DNA of 64,000 bases from Longimicrobiales bacterium (GTDB lineage Bacteria; Gemmatimonadota; Gemmatimonadetes; Longimicrobiales; Gaopeijiaceae): the NCBI GenBank assembly GCA_965202805.1, contig OZ241869.1, positions 1,024,001 to 1,088,000 of the forward strand, given 5' to 3'. The notes under the pieces were generated by a model, which was given only the letters and a program-made list of their open reading frames with translations, was not told the DNA's origin and searched no databases. The position numbers and the translations under genes are program-made. Numbering within the stretch: the first letter of the stretch is position 1; the number at the start of each line of letters is the position of its first letter. Positions 1-10,104 of this stretch are shown in pieces.

Positions 1-1667
1 GCTACGAGCTGCCCTTCATGGGCCGGGTTTGGGAACTCGACGCGCTGCACGACAACGGCGCGATGTCGATGTACGCCACCATCACCTCCATCAGCGAGAG
101 CCCGGTTCAGGAGGATGCACTGTATGTCGGGACGGATGACGGGCTGATCCACTTCAGTCCGGACGGGGGCGGCAGCTGGAGCGGTGCGACGGCGCTTCCC
201 GGGGTTCCGGAGCGCTCCTTCATCAACGATGTCGAGGCGAGCCAGCACGACGCGGCGACGGTGTTCGCGGTCGCGGACGCGCACAAGATCGGCGACTACT
301 CTCCCTACATCTTCAGGAGCGACGACAACGGCCAAAGCTGGTCGTCCATCTCCGGGGACCTGGAGGATGGAACCATCGCGTGGGCGATCCAGCAGGACCA
401 CGAGAACGCCAACCTGCTCTTCCTCGCGGCGGAGTGGGGCCTCTACTTCTCGCCCAACGGGGGCGCGAACTGGCACCGGCTTCCGGGGGCGCCCACCATC
501 GCGTTCCGCGACCTGAAGCTGCATCGGCGGGACGAGGACGTCGTGGGAGCCACCTTCGGCCGCGGCTTCTACGTGCTCGACGACTACTCGCCGCTGCGCG
601 AGATCGCGGGCGGGGCGCTGGAGGCGGATGGCGGCGCGGGGGTATGGCCGGTGCGGGACGCCTGGTGGTACATCCCCAGCGTTCCCAACCAGGCTCCGGG
701 CCGCCCGACGCTCGGAACCGACGCCTACTCCGCGCCCAACCCGCCCTTCGGGGCGACGCTCACCTATCTCCTCCCCGAGGTGCCTTCGACGGCCGGAGCC
801 CAGCGCGAAGAGCGGGAACGCGAGATGCGCGAGCTGGGCGCCGACGTGCCCTTCCCCGGATACGAGACGCTGCGCGCCGAAGCCGCCGAGAGCGGGCCCA
901 GGGCACTGGTCCGGGTGTCGGATGCGAATGGCGAGCCCGTGCGCTGGGTGGAGGGTCCCGCGCGCGCCGGTTTGCATCGCATCGCCTGGGACCTGCGGAG
1001 ACCCGCGCCGAACCCCATCGACCTCTCGACTCCCGGATTCATCCCCCCGTGGGCGTCCGCTCCGGCCGGGCCGCTGGCTCCTCCCGGCGAGTACTCGGCG
1101 CAGTTGGTGCTGGTCACCGCCGACGGCGTGGAGGAGGTCGGCGGGGCGAGGAGCTTCCAGGTGAAGCCGGTTCCGAGCGCGCCTCCGGGCACCGACTTCG
1201 TGGCGGTGGCGGCCTTTCAGCAGCGCGTAAGCGAGCTGCAGCGGCGGATCGGGGTGGCGGGTTCCGAGCTCGGGCGCCAATCCGGGCGGCTTGGTTACAT
1301 GCGCGCCGCACTGCTGCGCACGCCCGCCGCGGGCGCCGAACTCTTCGGCCGCATCGACGAGGTCGAGCAGGCCTTCGCCGGCATCCGCCTCCGGCTCCAG
1401 GGCGACCAGCTGCGCGGATCGCTCAACGAGCCCGGCGTACCGTCGGTCGCCAACCGGGTGGGCAACGTCGCGGGAGGTCACTGGCAGACGCGCCAGAACC
1501 CGACCGCGACCCAGCGACGCAACATCGAGATCGCCGAAGGGGACCTCGCGGGCCTCGAGCGGGACATCGCCGGCATCATCGACGGGCCGCTGGCCGAGCT
1601 GGAAGAGGCGCTGGCCGCCGCGGGCGCGCCCTGGACGCCCGGACGGCCGGTCGGCCCGCCGCGCTGA
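1..1667 (+). CDS. BNR/Asp-box repeat (VPS10/sortilin-like) beta-propeller glycosyl hydrolase-like protein, 5'-partial
   Basis: Frame open from base 3; Asp-box motifs SPDGGGSW, SDDNGQSW, SPNGGANW; YVGTDDG and ATFGRGFYVLDD motifs; helical C-terminal tail. Confidence 0.85.
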   Translation, partial: YELPFMGRVWELDALHDNGAMSMYATITSISESPVQEDALYVGTDDGLIHFSPDGGGSWSGATALPGVPERSFINDVEASQHDAATVFAVADAHKIGDYSPYIFRSDDNGQSWSSISGDLEDGTIAWAIQQDHENANLLFLAAEWGLYFSPNGGANWHRLPGAPTIAFRDLKLHRRDEDVVGATFGRGFYVLDDYSPLREIAGGALEADGGAGVWPVRDAWWYIPSVPNQAPGRPTLGTDAYSAPNPPFGATLTYLLPEVPSTAGAQREEREREMRELGADVPFPGYETLRAEAAESGPRALVRVSDANGEPVRWVEGPARAGLHRIAWDLRRPAPNPIDLSTPGFIPPWASAPAGPLAPPGEYSAQLVLVTADGVEEVGGARSFQVKPVPSAPPGTDFVAVAAFQQRVSELQRRIGVAGSELGRQSGRLGYMRAALLRTPAAGAELFGRIDEVEQAFAGIRLRLQGDQLRGSLNEPGVPSVANRVGNVAGGHWQTRQNPTATQRRNIEIAEGDLAGLERDIAGIIDGPLAELEEALAAAGAPWTPGRPVGPPR

Positions 1668-1739
1668 GGGGAAGGGTTCGCGGCTCAACCCGACTCATCG
1701 CGCCGAGGAGCCCGGGTCCCCGCACCGGGGCCCTGACAC

Positions 1740-1745
1740 TATAAT
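1740..1745 (+). promoter_or_regulatory. Candidate sigma70 -10 box (TATAAT) for the acyl-CoA operon
   Basis: Perfect TATAAT about 50 nt upstream of ATG 1797 in a GC-rich background; no clear -35 box; GC hairpin at 1714-1733 just upstream. Confidence 0.5.
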
Positions 1746-1796
1746 TGTGCCGCCCATGCCGGATCCCACCACATCATCCATCAGGGAGAAACCCGA

Positions 1797-2597
1797 ATGA
1801 CCGACCAGACCCTGGTCCACTACGACGTCCAGGACGGCGTCTGCATCCTGACCCTCGACGATCCTCCGGCCAACACCTACACCTACGAGATGATGCAGCA
1901 GCTGGACGCCTGCATCCTGCGCGCGCGCATGGACGAGGACGCGCACGTCATCGTGCTCACCGGCAGGGGCGAGAAGTTCTTCAGCGCCGGTGCCAGCATC
2001 CAGATGCTCAACGAGGTGACGCCGACCTTCAAGTACTTCTTCTGCCTCCATGCCAACGAGACGCTCAACCGCCTCGAGCACACCCCGAAGCTCACCATCG
2101 GCGCGCTCAACGGGCACACCGTGGGCGGCGGGCTCGAGATCGCGATGGCGTGTGACCTGCGGGTCGCGCGCGCCGGCGGGTCGCGCATCGGGCTGCCGGA
2201 GATCAACCTGGGCGTGCTGCCGGGCACGGGCGGCACCCAGCGGCTGGCGCGTCTGGTCGGCAAGTCGCGCTCCATCGAGATGATGACCACGGGACAGCTC
2301 TTCGGCTTCGCCGAGGGCCTCGACCACGGCATCATCAACCGCGTGATCGAAGCCGACTCCGGGGACGACTTCATGGCGAAGGTCCTGGAGTTCGCGGGCG
2401 GCTTCACGCCGCCAGGGAAGGCGTCGAAGGCGGTCGGCCTGATCAAGAGGTCGGTGCAGACCGGGGCCGAGATCCCCTTCGAGACCGGCCTGGCCGTCGA
2501 GCGGGAGCTCCAGCAGCAGCTCTTCCAGAGCGAAGACGCCACAGAGGGCATCGCCGCCTACGTCGAGAAGCGCCGCGCCAACTTCCAGGGGAAATAG
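1797..2597 (+). CDS. Enoyl-CoA hydratase/isomerase (crotonase family)
   Basis: FFSAGA, VGGGLEIAMACDLR, GLPEINLGVLPGTGGTQRL; GGAGA RBS upstream. Confidence 0.92.
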   Translation: MTDQTLVHYDVQDGVCILTLDDPPANTYTYEMMQQLDACILRARMDEDAHVIVLTGRGEKFFSAGASIQMLNEVTPTFKYFFCLHANETLNRLEHTPKLTIGALNGHTVGGGLEIAMACDLRVARAGGSRIGLPEINLGVLPGTGGTQRLARLVGKSRSIEMMTTGQLFGFAEGLDHGIINRVIEADSGDDFMAKVLEFAGGFTPPGKASKAVGLIKRSVQTGAEIPFETGLAVERELQQQLFQSEDATEGIAAYVEKRRANFQGK

Positions 2598-2613
2598 AGG
2601 AGACGAATCCGCG

Positions 2614-4067
2614 ATGAACGACATGCGCGCGCGCGGGCTCTGGATCGACAACGAGAGCGTGCCCTCCGCCTCCGGGACCACGTTCGCCACCATCAACCCC
2701 GCGACCGGCGAGGTGCTCGCCGAGGTCGCGGAGGGGACTGCGGAGGATGTTGCGCGGGCGGTGGAGTCGGCACAGGCCGCGCTCGCGTCGAAGGCGTGGC
2801 GACGCACCGACGCCCACAAACGGTCGCGGCTGCTCTGGCGGCTGGCCGACCTGATCGAGCGCGATGCCCGGCTGATCGCCGAGACCGAGACGCGCGACAA
2901 CGGCAAGCCCATCTTCGAGTCGCGCTACGTGGACGTGCCCAGCGTGGTGGAGAACTTCCGCTATTTCGCGGGGCTGGCGGACAAGATCCAGGGCGAGACC
3001 ATCCCGGTGAAGGGGCCGTTCCTCAACTACACCCTGCGCGAGCCGGTGGGGGTGGTCGGGTGCATCGTGCCGTGGAATTTCCCGCTCTCGCTCGCGACCT
3101 GGAAGGTTGCCCCGGCGCTGGCGTGCGGGAACGCGGTGGTCCTGAAGCCCGCAATGGAGACCCCCCTGACGGCCCTGCTGCTGGGCGAACTGGCCGCGGA
3201 GGCCGGCTTTCCGCCGGGCATTCTGAACGTCGTCCCGGGATGCGGAACGCGCGCCGGCGCGGCCCTGGTGCGCCATCCCGGCGTGGATGCGATCGCCTTC
3301 ACGGGCTCGACCGAAGTGGGCAAAACCATCATGCGGGAGGCGGCGGACACGCTGAAGAAGGTCTCCCTCGAGCTGGGCGGCAAGTCGCCCAACATCGTCT
3401 TCGCGGACGCCGACCTGGGCAGCGCCGTGCGCGGCGCGAACACCGGCATCTTCTATGGAAAGGGCGAGGTGTGCGCCGCCGGCTCCCGCATCCTCGTGCA
3501 GGAGGCGGTCTACGAGGAGTTCCTCGACGGGCTGGCCGCCCGCGCGGGCAGGATGGCGGTGGGAGACCCCATGGGCCCGAAGACGCGCATGGGGGCGATC
3601 GTCAGCCGGAAGCAGCGGGACGTGGTGCTCGGCTACATCGAGGCCGGCAAGGCCGACGGCGCCCGACTGGTGGCGGGAGGCGAGGCGGCCACGGTGAACG
3701 GCAGGGGCAACTTCGTGCAGGCGACCATCTTCGCGGACGTCACCCCGGAAATGCGGATCGCACGGGAAGAGATCTTCGGGCCGGTGGCGGCGGTCATCCC
3801 CTTCACCGACACGGCCGACGCCATCGAGAAGGCCAACCGGACCATCTACGGGCTCGCGGCCGGGATCTGGACCCGCGACGTGGGCCGGGCGCACCGCATC
3901 GCCCGGGAAGTCCGTGCCGGCACCGTGTGGATCAACACCTACAACCAGTACGACTCGGGGTCGCCCTTCGGCGGGTACAAGCAGAGCGGGTTCGGCCGCG
4001 ACCTGGGCTACCAGGCGGCGCTGGACAAGTACACCCAGGTGAAGAGCGTGTGGGTGGCGCTGGACGG

Positions 4068-4071
<4 letters not shown>
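2614..4071 (+). CDS. NAD(P)-dependent aldehyde dehydrogenase
   Basis: PWNFP, FTGSTEVG, LELGGKSP, catalytic Cys in GEVCAAGSR, EEIFGP, PFGGYKQSG. Confidence 0.95.
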
Positions 4072-5264
<1,193 letters not shown>

Positions 5265-5285
5265 CCGCCGTGGACTGCTAGCCCC

Positions 5286-6158
5286 ATGGCAACCCGGATC
5301 GAGCGCGTGACCGTCCTGGGCGCGGGGGTCATGGGTCACGGCATCGCCCAGGTGGCGGCCATGGCCGGGCACCGGGTCACCCTCCACGATCCCGACGCGG
5401 CGGCGGCCGAACGCGGCCTGGCCCGCATCCGCGCCAACCTGGACAAGGGCGTCTCTCTCGGAAAGGTGCGCGCGGAGGAGCGGGCAGAGGCACTCGACCG
5501 CATCTCTCCGGCGCCGTCGCTGGCGGCGGCCTGCGCACGGGCGGAGCTGGTGGTGGAAGCCGCCCCCGAGCGCATGGAACTGAAGCGGAGCCTCTTCCTC
5601 GAGGTGGAGGCCGCCGCGTCTCCCTCCGCGCTGCTGGCCACCAACACCTCCTCCCTCAGCATCGACGCGATCGCCGAGGTGCTCGCCGAGCCCGGTCGCT
5701 TCCTCGGGGTGCACTTCTTCAACCCGGTGCACCTGATGGCCCTGGTGGAAGTCGTGCGCGGCAGCCGTACGGACGCGGCCGTCCTGGACGCCGGCGTCGC
5801 ATTCGCGCGCGGCCTGGGCAAGGAGCCCATCGTCGTCCGGGACGCCCCCGGCTTCGCCTCCTCCCGCCTCGGCGTGGCCCTGGGGCTGGAAGCCATGCGC
5901 ATGGTGGAGGAGGGCGTGGCCGAGCCCGCCGCCATCGACAGGGCCATGGAGCTGGGCTACCGGCACCCCATGGGGCCGCTCCGCCTCACCGACCTCGTGG
6001 GGCTCGACGTGCGCCTGGCGATCGCCGAGTACCTGCACGAGAAGCTGGGCGGAGAGCGCTACCGTCCCCCCGCCATCTTGCGACGCATGGTGGAAGAGGG
6101 GAAGCTCGGAAGGAAGACGGGCGAGGGATTCTACCGCTGGGACAAGGGGGCACGGTGA
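5286..6158 (+). CDS. 3-hydroxyacyl-CoA dehydrogenase (PaaH/Hbd-like)
   Basis: GAGVMGHGIA Rossmann motif, TNTSSLSI, HFFNPV, HPMGPLRLTDLVGLD. Confidence 0.93.
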   Translation: MATRIERVTVLGAGVMGHGIAQVAAMAGHRVTLHDPDAAAAERGLARIRANLDKGVSLGKVRAEERAEALDRISPAPSLAAACARAELVVEAAPERMELKRSLFLEVEAAASPSALLATNTSSLSIDAIAEVLAEPGRFLGVHFFNPVHLMALVEVVRGSRTDAAVLDAGVAFARGLGKEPIVVRDAPGFASSRLGVALGLEAMRMVEEGVAEPAAIDRAMELGYRHPMGPLRLTDLVGLDVRLAIAEYLHEKLGGERYRPPAILRRMVEEGKLGRKTGEGFYRWDKGAR

Positions 6159-6210
6159 CAGCCGGACGACGGATTGCGTGGGCGGGGACCGCAACGGAGG
6201 CCGTAGCCCG

Positions 6211-7086
6211 GTGACTGCGCGCGGACCTGCCGATGGCGAATCGAAGCGGAACGCCGACGGTGGACCAGCGGCCGGCGGTGGACCGGTGACAGCGTCCGCG
6301 GGCGCACCCGGGTACCAGACCATCGTGGTCGAGCGCGAGGGCACGGTCGCGACCGTGCGCATCAACCGGCCCGACAAGCTGAACGCCCTCAACGCGGCAG
6401 TGCGGCGCGAAATCGCGCAGGCGATGGACCGGCTGGCCCACGACGACGGCGTGCGGGTGGCCGTCCTGTGCGGCACCGGCGAGAAGGCCTTCGCTGCGGG
6501 GGCCGACGTCGCCGAGTTCGCGGGGCGCACTCCCGGCGAACAGCGCCAGGTCTACCGGCGCCGGCGCGTGTACGACGCGGTGGCCGCCTTCCCCAAGCCC
6601 GTCATCGCCGCCATCCACGGCTTCTGCCTGGGAGGCGGGGTCGAACTGGCGCTCGCCTGCGACGTGCGCGTGGCCGACCCGAGCGCCCGCTTCGGCCAGT
6701 TCGAGATTCGCCTGGGGCTGATTCCGGGCGCCGGCGGAACCCAGCGCCTGGCGCGGCTGGTGGGGCCGGGACAGGCCGCGCGCATCGCCCTGAGCGGCGA
6801 CGTGGTCGACGCCGCCGAAGCCCACCGCATCGGCCTCGTCGAGATCCTCGCGGACGAGGGCGAGCACCTCGCCCGGGCCCGGGAGCTGGCCGGACGCATG
6901 GCGCGCTGGAGCCCCGTCGCGCTCGGGCTGGTCAAGGAGTCGCTCAGGGCCGCCGCCGAGACCCCGCTGGCCGAGGGGCTGGCGCTCGAGAAGGAGCTCT
7001 TCCTCGCGGCCTTCGCGAGCGACGATGGCCGGGAGGGCGTGCGCGCCTTCGTAGAGAAGCGCCGCCCGGAGTTCCGCGGACGATGA
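6211..7086 (+). CDS. Enoyl-CoA hydratase/isomerase (crotonase family)
   Basis: NRPDKLNAL, AFAAGAD, GGGVELALACD, GLIPGAGGTQRL. Start uncertain: GTG 6211 (GGAGG upstream) or GTG 6286. Confidence 0.9.
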   Translation: MTARGPADGESKRNADGGPAAGGGPVTASAGAPGYQTIVVEREGTVATVRINRPDKLNALNAAVRREIAQAMDRLAHDDGVRVAVLCGTGEKAFAAGADVAEFAGRTPGEQRQVYRRRRVYDAVAAFPKPVIAAIHGFCLGGGVELALACDVRVADPSARFGQFEIRLGLIPGAGGTQRLARLVGPGQAARIALSGDVVDAAEAHRIGLVEILADEGEHLARARELAGRMARWSPVALGLVKESLRAAAETPLAEGLALEKELFLAAFASDDGREGVRAFVEKRRPEFRGR

Positions 7087-7382
7087 ACCTCGTGAAGCTG
7101 GTGCGCGCCGCGACCACGATCTACTTCGTGCTGTTCCTGGTCTTCGTCACCTGGCCGGGCTTCGTCCCCTTCAACCGCCCGCTGCCGCTGGTGCTGGGCC
7201 TGCCCTTCAACATGGCCATGATCGCGCTCTGGGTGGGGTTCGGGGCGGTGGTGCTCTTCGTGCTGGACCGCTCGGAGGAACGGCACAGGGCCGCGGCGCG
7301 ACCCGGATCCGGACCCCGGCGCACGCCGTCAGGCCGACGCGGTCGGGCCGGACACGAAGCCCGCAGCGGAGGAGCCACCTAG
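7083..7382 (+). CDS. Small two-TM partner of a sodium:solute symporter (DUF3311-like)
   Basis: ATGA overlap with the crotonase stop; MNLVKLVRAA...PLVLGLPFNMAMIALW with two hydrophobic segments; abuts the SSS gene. Confidence 0.75.
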   Translation: MNLVKLVRAATTIYFVLFLVFVTWPGFVPFNRPLPLVLGLPFNMAMIALWVGFGAVVLFVLDRSEERHRAAARPGSGPRRTPSGRRGRAGHEARSGGAT

Positions 7383-8951
7383 ATGGAGCGCTGGCAGCTG
7401 ATCGCGGGCCTGATCCTGGTCTATCTGGCGGTGACGCTGGGGATCGGGCTGATGGCGGGCCGGCGCGCCTCCCGGAGCGTGACGGGCTATGTAGCCGGAG
7501 ACCGTCGCTTCGGGCTTCTCGTCATGTACTTCGTCACCGGGGCGACCGTCTTCTCGGCCTTCGCCTTCCTGGGCGGGCCGGGCTGGGCCTATTCCCGCGG
7601 CGCCGCCGCCTTCTACATCCTCTCCTACGGCGCCCTCGGAATCGCTCCCTGGTACTTCATCGGGCCGCGCGCGGCCGCACTCGGGCGGCGCTTCGGCTAC
7701 GTCACCCAGGCTCAGCTGCTGGTCGGACGCTTCCCCTCCCGCTTCCTCTCGGCGCTGATGGCGGCGCTCTCCGTGGCCGCGTTCGTACCCTACATCACCC
7801 TGCAGATGCAGGGGGCGGGCATCGTCATCGAGGCGGTCACCGACGGCCACGTCCCGCTGGCCGTGGGGGCCGCGATCGCCTACGGCATCGTGGCGCTGTA
7901 CGTGCTGACCAGCGGTGTGGCCGCGGTCGGATGGACCAACACCTTCCAGGGCATCTTCATGGTCACGATCGCCTGGTCGCTCGGCATCTATCTGCCGTTC
8001 CGCCTGTACGGCGGGGTGGGAGAGATGTTTGAGCGCATCCTGGCCGAGCGCCCGGAGATGCTCTCCGTCCCGGGCCTCACCGCCGCGGGCGATCCCTGGA
8101 GCTGGGGGGGCTACTCGAGCGCCATCCTGGTGAGCGCGATCGGGCTCATGATGTGGCCCCACCTCTTCATGAAGGCCTTCACCGCGCGCGACGACCGGAC
8201 GCTCCGCCGCACCGTGGTACTGTTCCCGACCTTCCAGCTCTTCCTGATCCCCGTCTTCCTGATCGGCTTCGCCGGAGTGCTGCTGCCGGAGTCTCCTCCC
8301 GGAGCCGACTTCATCCTCCCCTTCCTCATCCTGCGCTCCGAGCTGCCCGTGCTGGTGGTGGGCCTGTTCTGCGCGGGCGCCCTCTCGGCATCGATGTCGA
8401 CCGGGGACGCCCTCATGCACGCGGCGGCATCCGTGACCGTGGAAGACGGCGTCGGCCCCTTCCGCCGGCTGAGCGACGCCTCGCAACGCCGCCTCATGCA
8501 GGCGCTGGTCCTTGTGGTGGGGGTGGTCGCGTACGGGTTCGCGCTGGACGAGGACTCCTCGCTGGTGGTGCTGCTTCTGACCGCCTACGGGATCATCTGC
8601 CAGTTCGCGCCCCCCATCTGCGCCGCGCTCTTCTGGCGGCGGGCCACCACCCCGGGCATCGTGGCCGGCCTGGTCGCAGGCTCGGCGACGGCGGTCTTCT
8701 TCTTCACCACCGGGTACCTGGGGATGGAACTGCGCCCGCTCGACCTGCACGAGGGCATCCTGGGGCTCATGGTCCACATTCCGGTGCTGGTGGGGGTCAG
8801 CCTCGCGACGCAGCCGCAGGACCGTGACCACACCGAGGCCTTCCTGAACCCGCGCGGTTCGACGGATACCGCGGGCTCCCATGGCGCCGTTTCCGCGGAT
8901 GGCGCCGTTTCCGGGGGCACTGGCCCCGCGCACGATACCCGGCGCGGATGA
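7383..8951 (+). CDS. Sodium:solute symporter (SSS family)
   Basis: Multi-TM protein; FSAFAFLGGPGWAY, YITLQMQG, WTNTFQG, GALSASMSTGD. Confidence 0.92.
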   Translation: MERWQLIAGLILVYLAVTLGIGLMAGRRASRSVTGYVAGDRRFGLLVMYFVTGATVFSAFAFLGGPGWAYSRGAAAFYILSYGALGIAPWYFIGPRAAALGRRFGYVTQAQLLVGRFPSRFLSALMAALSVAAFVPYITLQMQGAGIVIEAVTDGHVPLAVGAAIAYGIVALYVLTSGVAAVGWTNTFQGIFMVTIAWSLGIYLPFRLYGGVGEMFERILAERPEMLSVPGLTAAGDPWSWGGYSSAILVSAIGLMMWPHLFMKAFTARDDRTLRRTVVLFPTFQLFLIPVFLIGFAGVLLPESPPGADFILPFLILRSELPVLVVGLFCAGALSASMSTGDALMHAAASVTVEDGVGPFRRLSDASQRRLMQALVLVVGVVAYGFALDEDSSLVVLLLTAYGIICQFAPPICAALFWRRATTPGIVAGLVAGSATAVFFFTTGYLGMELRPLDLHEGILGLMVHIPVLVGVSLATQPQDRDHTEAFLNPRGSTDTAGSHGAVSADGAVSGGTGPAHDTRRG

Positions 8952-8969
8952 ACGGGATGCCCATCGTGG

Positions 8970-9332
8970 ATGAACCGGATGCCCGGAATGGCTGAAACGG
9001 CGGGAACGGCCGGCACGCCGGAGGAGCAGCTCGCCCGCATGCGGGATGTAATGGGCGAGGTGACCGACCGGCTCATCGCGCTGATGGGGGAACGCCGCAG
9101 GCTCGCCATCGAGATCGGCAGGATCAAGGAGGAGCTGGGACTCCCGGTCCTCGACCCCGCGCGGGAGGCTCGCGTGGTGCGTCAGGCGGCCGAGCGGGCG
9201 CGCGAACTGGGCGTGGACCCGGAGATGGCGCGCGACATCCTGTGGCGCATCATCGCATCGGCGCGCGAGGCCCAGGGAGGCCGCCGGCCGGGATGGCCCG
9301 ACCCGCCGCCGTCGGAAGGCAGCGGCCGCTAA
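8970..9332 (+). CDS. Chorismate mutase (AroQ/CM type 2), stand-alone
   Basis: LARMRD...DRLIALMGERRRLAIEIGRIK...PVLDPAREARV; start may be ATG 8988. Confidence 0.85.
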   Translation: MNRMPGMAETAGTAGTPEEQLARMRDVMGEVTDRLIALMGERRRLAIEIGRIKEELGLPVLDPAREARVVRQAAERARELGVDPEMARDILWRIIASAREAQGGRRPGWPDPPPSEGSGR

Positions 9333-9387
9333 CCCGGAGCTGGTGCCGGTAACCCGGGCTGGTGCCGCTAGCCCGGGCTGGTGCTAG
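9329..9387. repeat. About three imperfect 19-20 nt tandem repeats between convergent genes
   Basis: ctaacccggagctggtgccg / gtaacccgggctggtgccg / ctagcccgggctggtgctag. Confidence 0.85.
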
Positions 9388-9635
9388 TTCGGGTTGACCG
9401 AAACGAACTGGCGGTTCCTGCGCCGCTCGAACTTCACCACCCCGTCGACCAGCGCGAACAGGGTGTCGTCGCCCCCCCTCCCCACGTTGGTGCCGGGATG
9501 GAAGCGGGTGCCGCGCTGGCGCACGAGGATGCTGCCCGCGGTCACGGGCTGTCCGCCGTAGCGCTTGACGCCCAGGAACTTCGGATTCGAGTCCCGTCCG
9601 TTTCGGCTTGAACCGACGCCTTTCTTGTGTGCCAT
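9384..9635 (-). CDS. rpmA: 50S ribosomal protein bL27
   Basis: [24 protein letters not shown]...RQRGT. Confidence 0.99.
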   Translation of the reverse strand: MAHKKGVGSSRNGRDSNPKFLGVKRYGGQPVTAGSILVRQRGTRFHPGTNVGRGGDDTLFALVDGVVKFERRRNRQFVSVNPN

Positions 9636-9677
9636 CTCGATTCCTTCCCCGCTCGGCGTCCAGCAGCCCGCGGACTG

Positions 9678-9992
9678 CTAGGTGACGATCTCGTCAATGC
9701 GCACTTCGGTGAACTTCTGGCGATGCCCCTGCTTCTTGCGGTATCCCTTGCGGCGCTTGCGCTTGAAGATGATGAGCTTCCGGTCCTTGCCGTGCGCCAG
9801 CACCTCGGCCCGCACCGCGGCGCCTTCGACCGTGGGCGTCCCGACCTCCGGATCGCCGTCACCCCCGCCGGTCATCAGCACGCGGTCGAAGGTGACCGTG
9901 GAGCCCTCCTCGGCGGCGAGCGCCGGAATCCGCACCCGGAGGCCGGGCTCGGCCCTGAACTGCTTTCCGCCGGTTTCGAACACCGCGAACAT
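9678..9992 (-). CDS. rplU: 50S ribosomal protein bL21
   Basis: MFAVFETGGKQF...KRKRRKGYRKKQGHRQKFT. Confidence 0.99.
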   Translation of the reverse strand: MFAVFETGGKQFRAEPGLRVRIPALAAEEGSTVTFDRVLMTGGGDGDPEVGTPTVEGAAVRAEVLAHGKDRKLIIFKRKRRKGYRKKQGHRQKFTEVRIDEIVT

Positions 9993-10059
9993 GCCTGCCT
10001 CTTCGTGTTGCTGGAGATACCGGACACGGGATTGTGCTACGAAGCTCCGCAGCCCGAAA

Positions 10060-10087
10060 AAGCTACAGAGTCCCCCCGCGAGGTCAA
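10060..10087 (-). promoter_or_regulatory. Candidate sigma70 promoter of rplU-rpmA
   Basis: Minus strand TTGACC-N16-TAGCTT, about 70 nt upstream of rplU. Confidence 0.6.
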
Positions 10088-10104
10088 GGGGAAGTCTCGG
10101 ACCG

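Noticed and set aside
2796..4067. Apparent long N-terminal extensions or fusions in the ORF track (thiolase 822 aa, HutI 869 aa, carboxyltransferase 856 aa, lipoprotein 829 aa)
   Set aside because: The upstream parts are off-frame readthrough of neighbouring genes; real starts lie at stop/start overlaps or RBSs.
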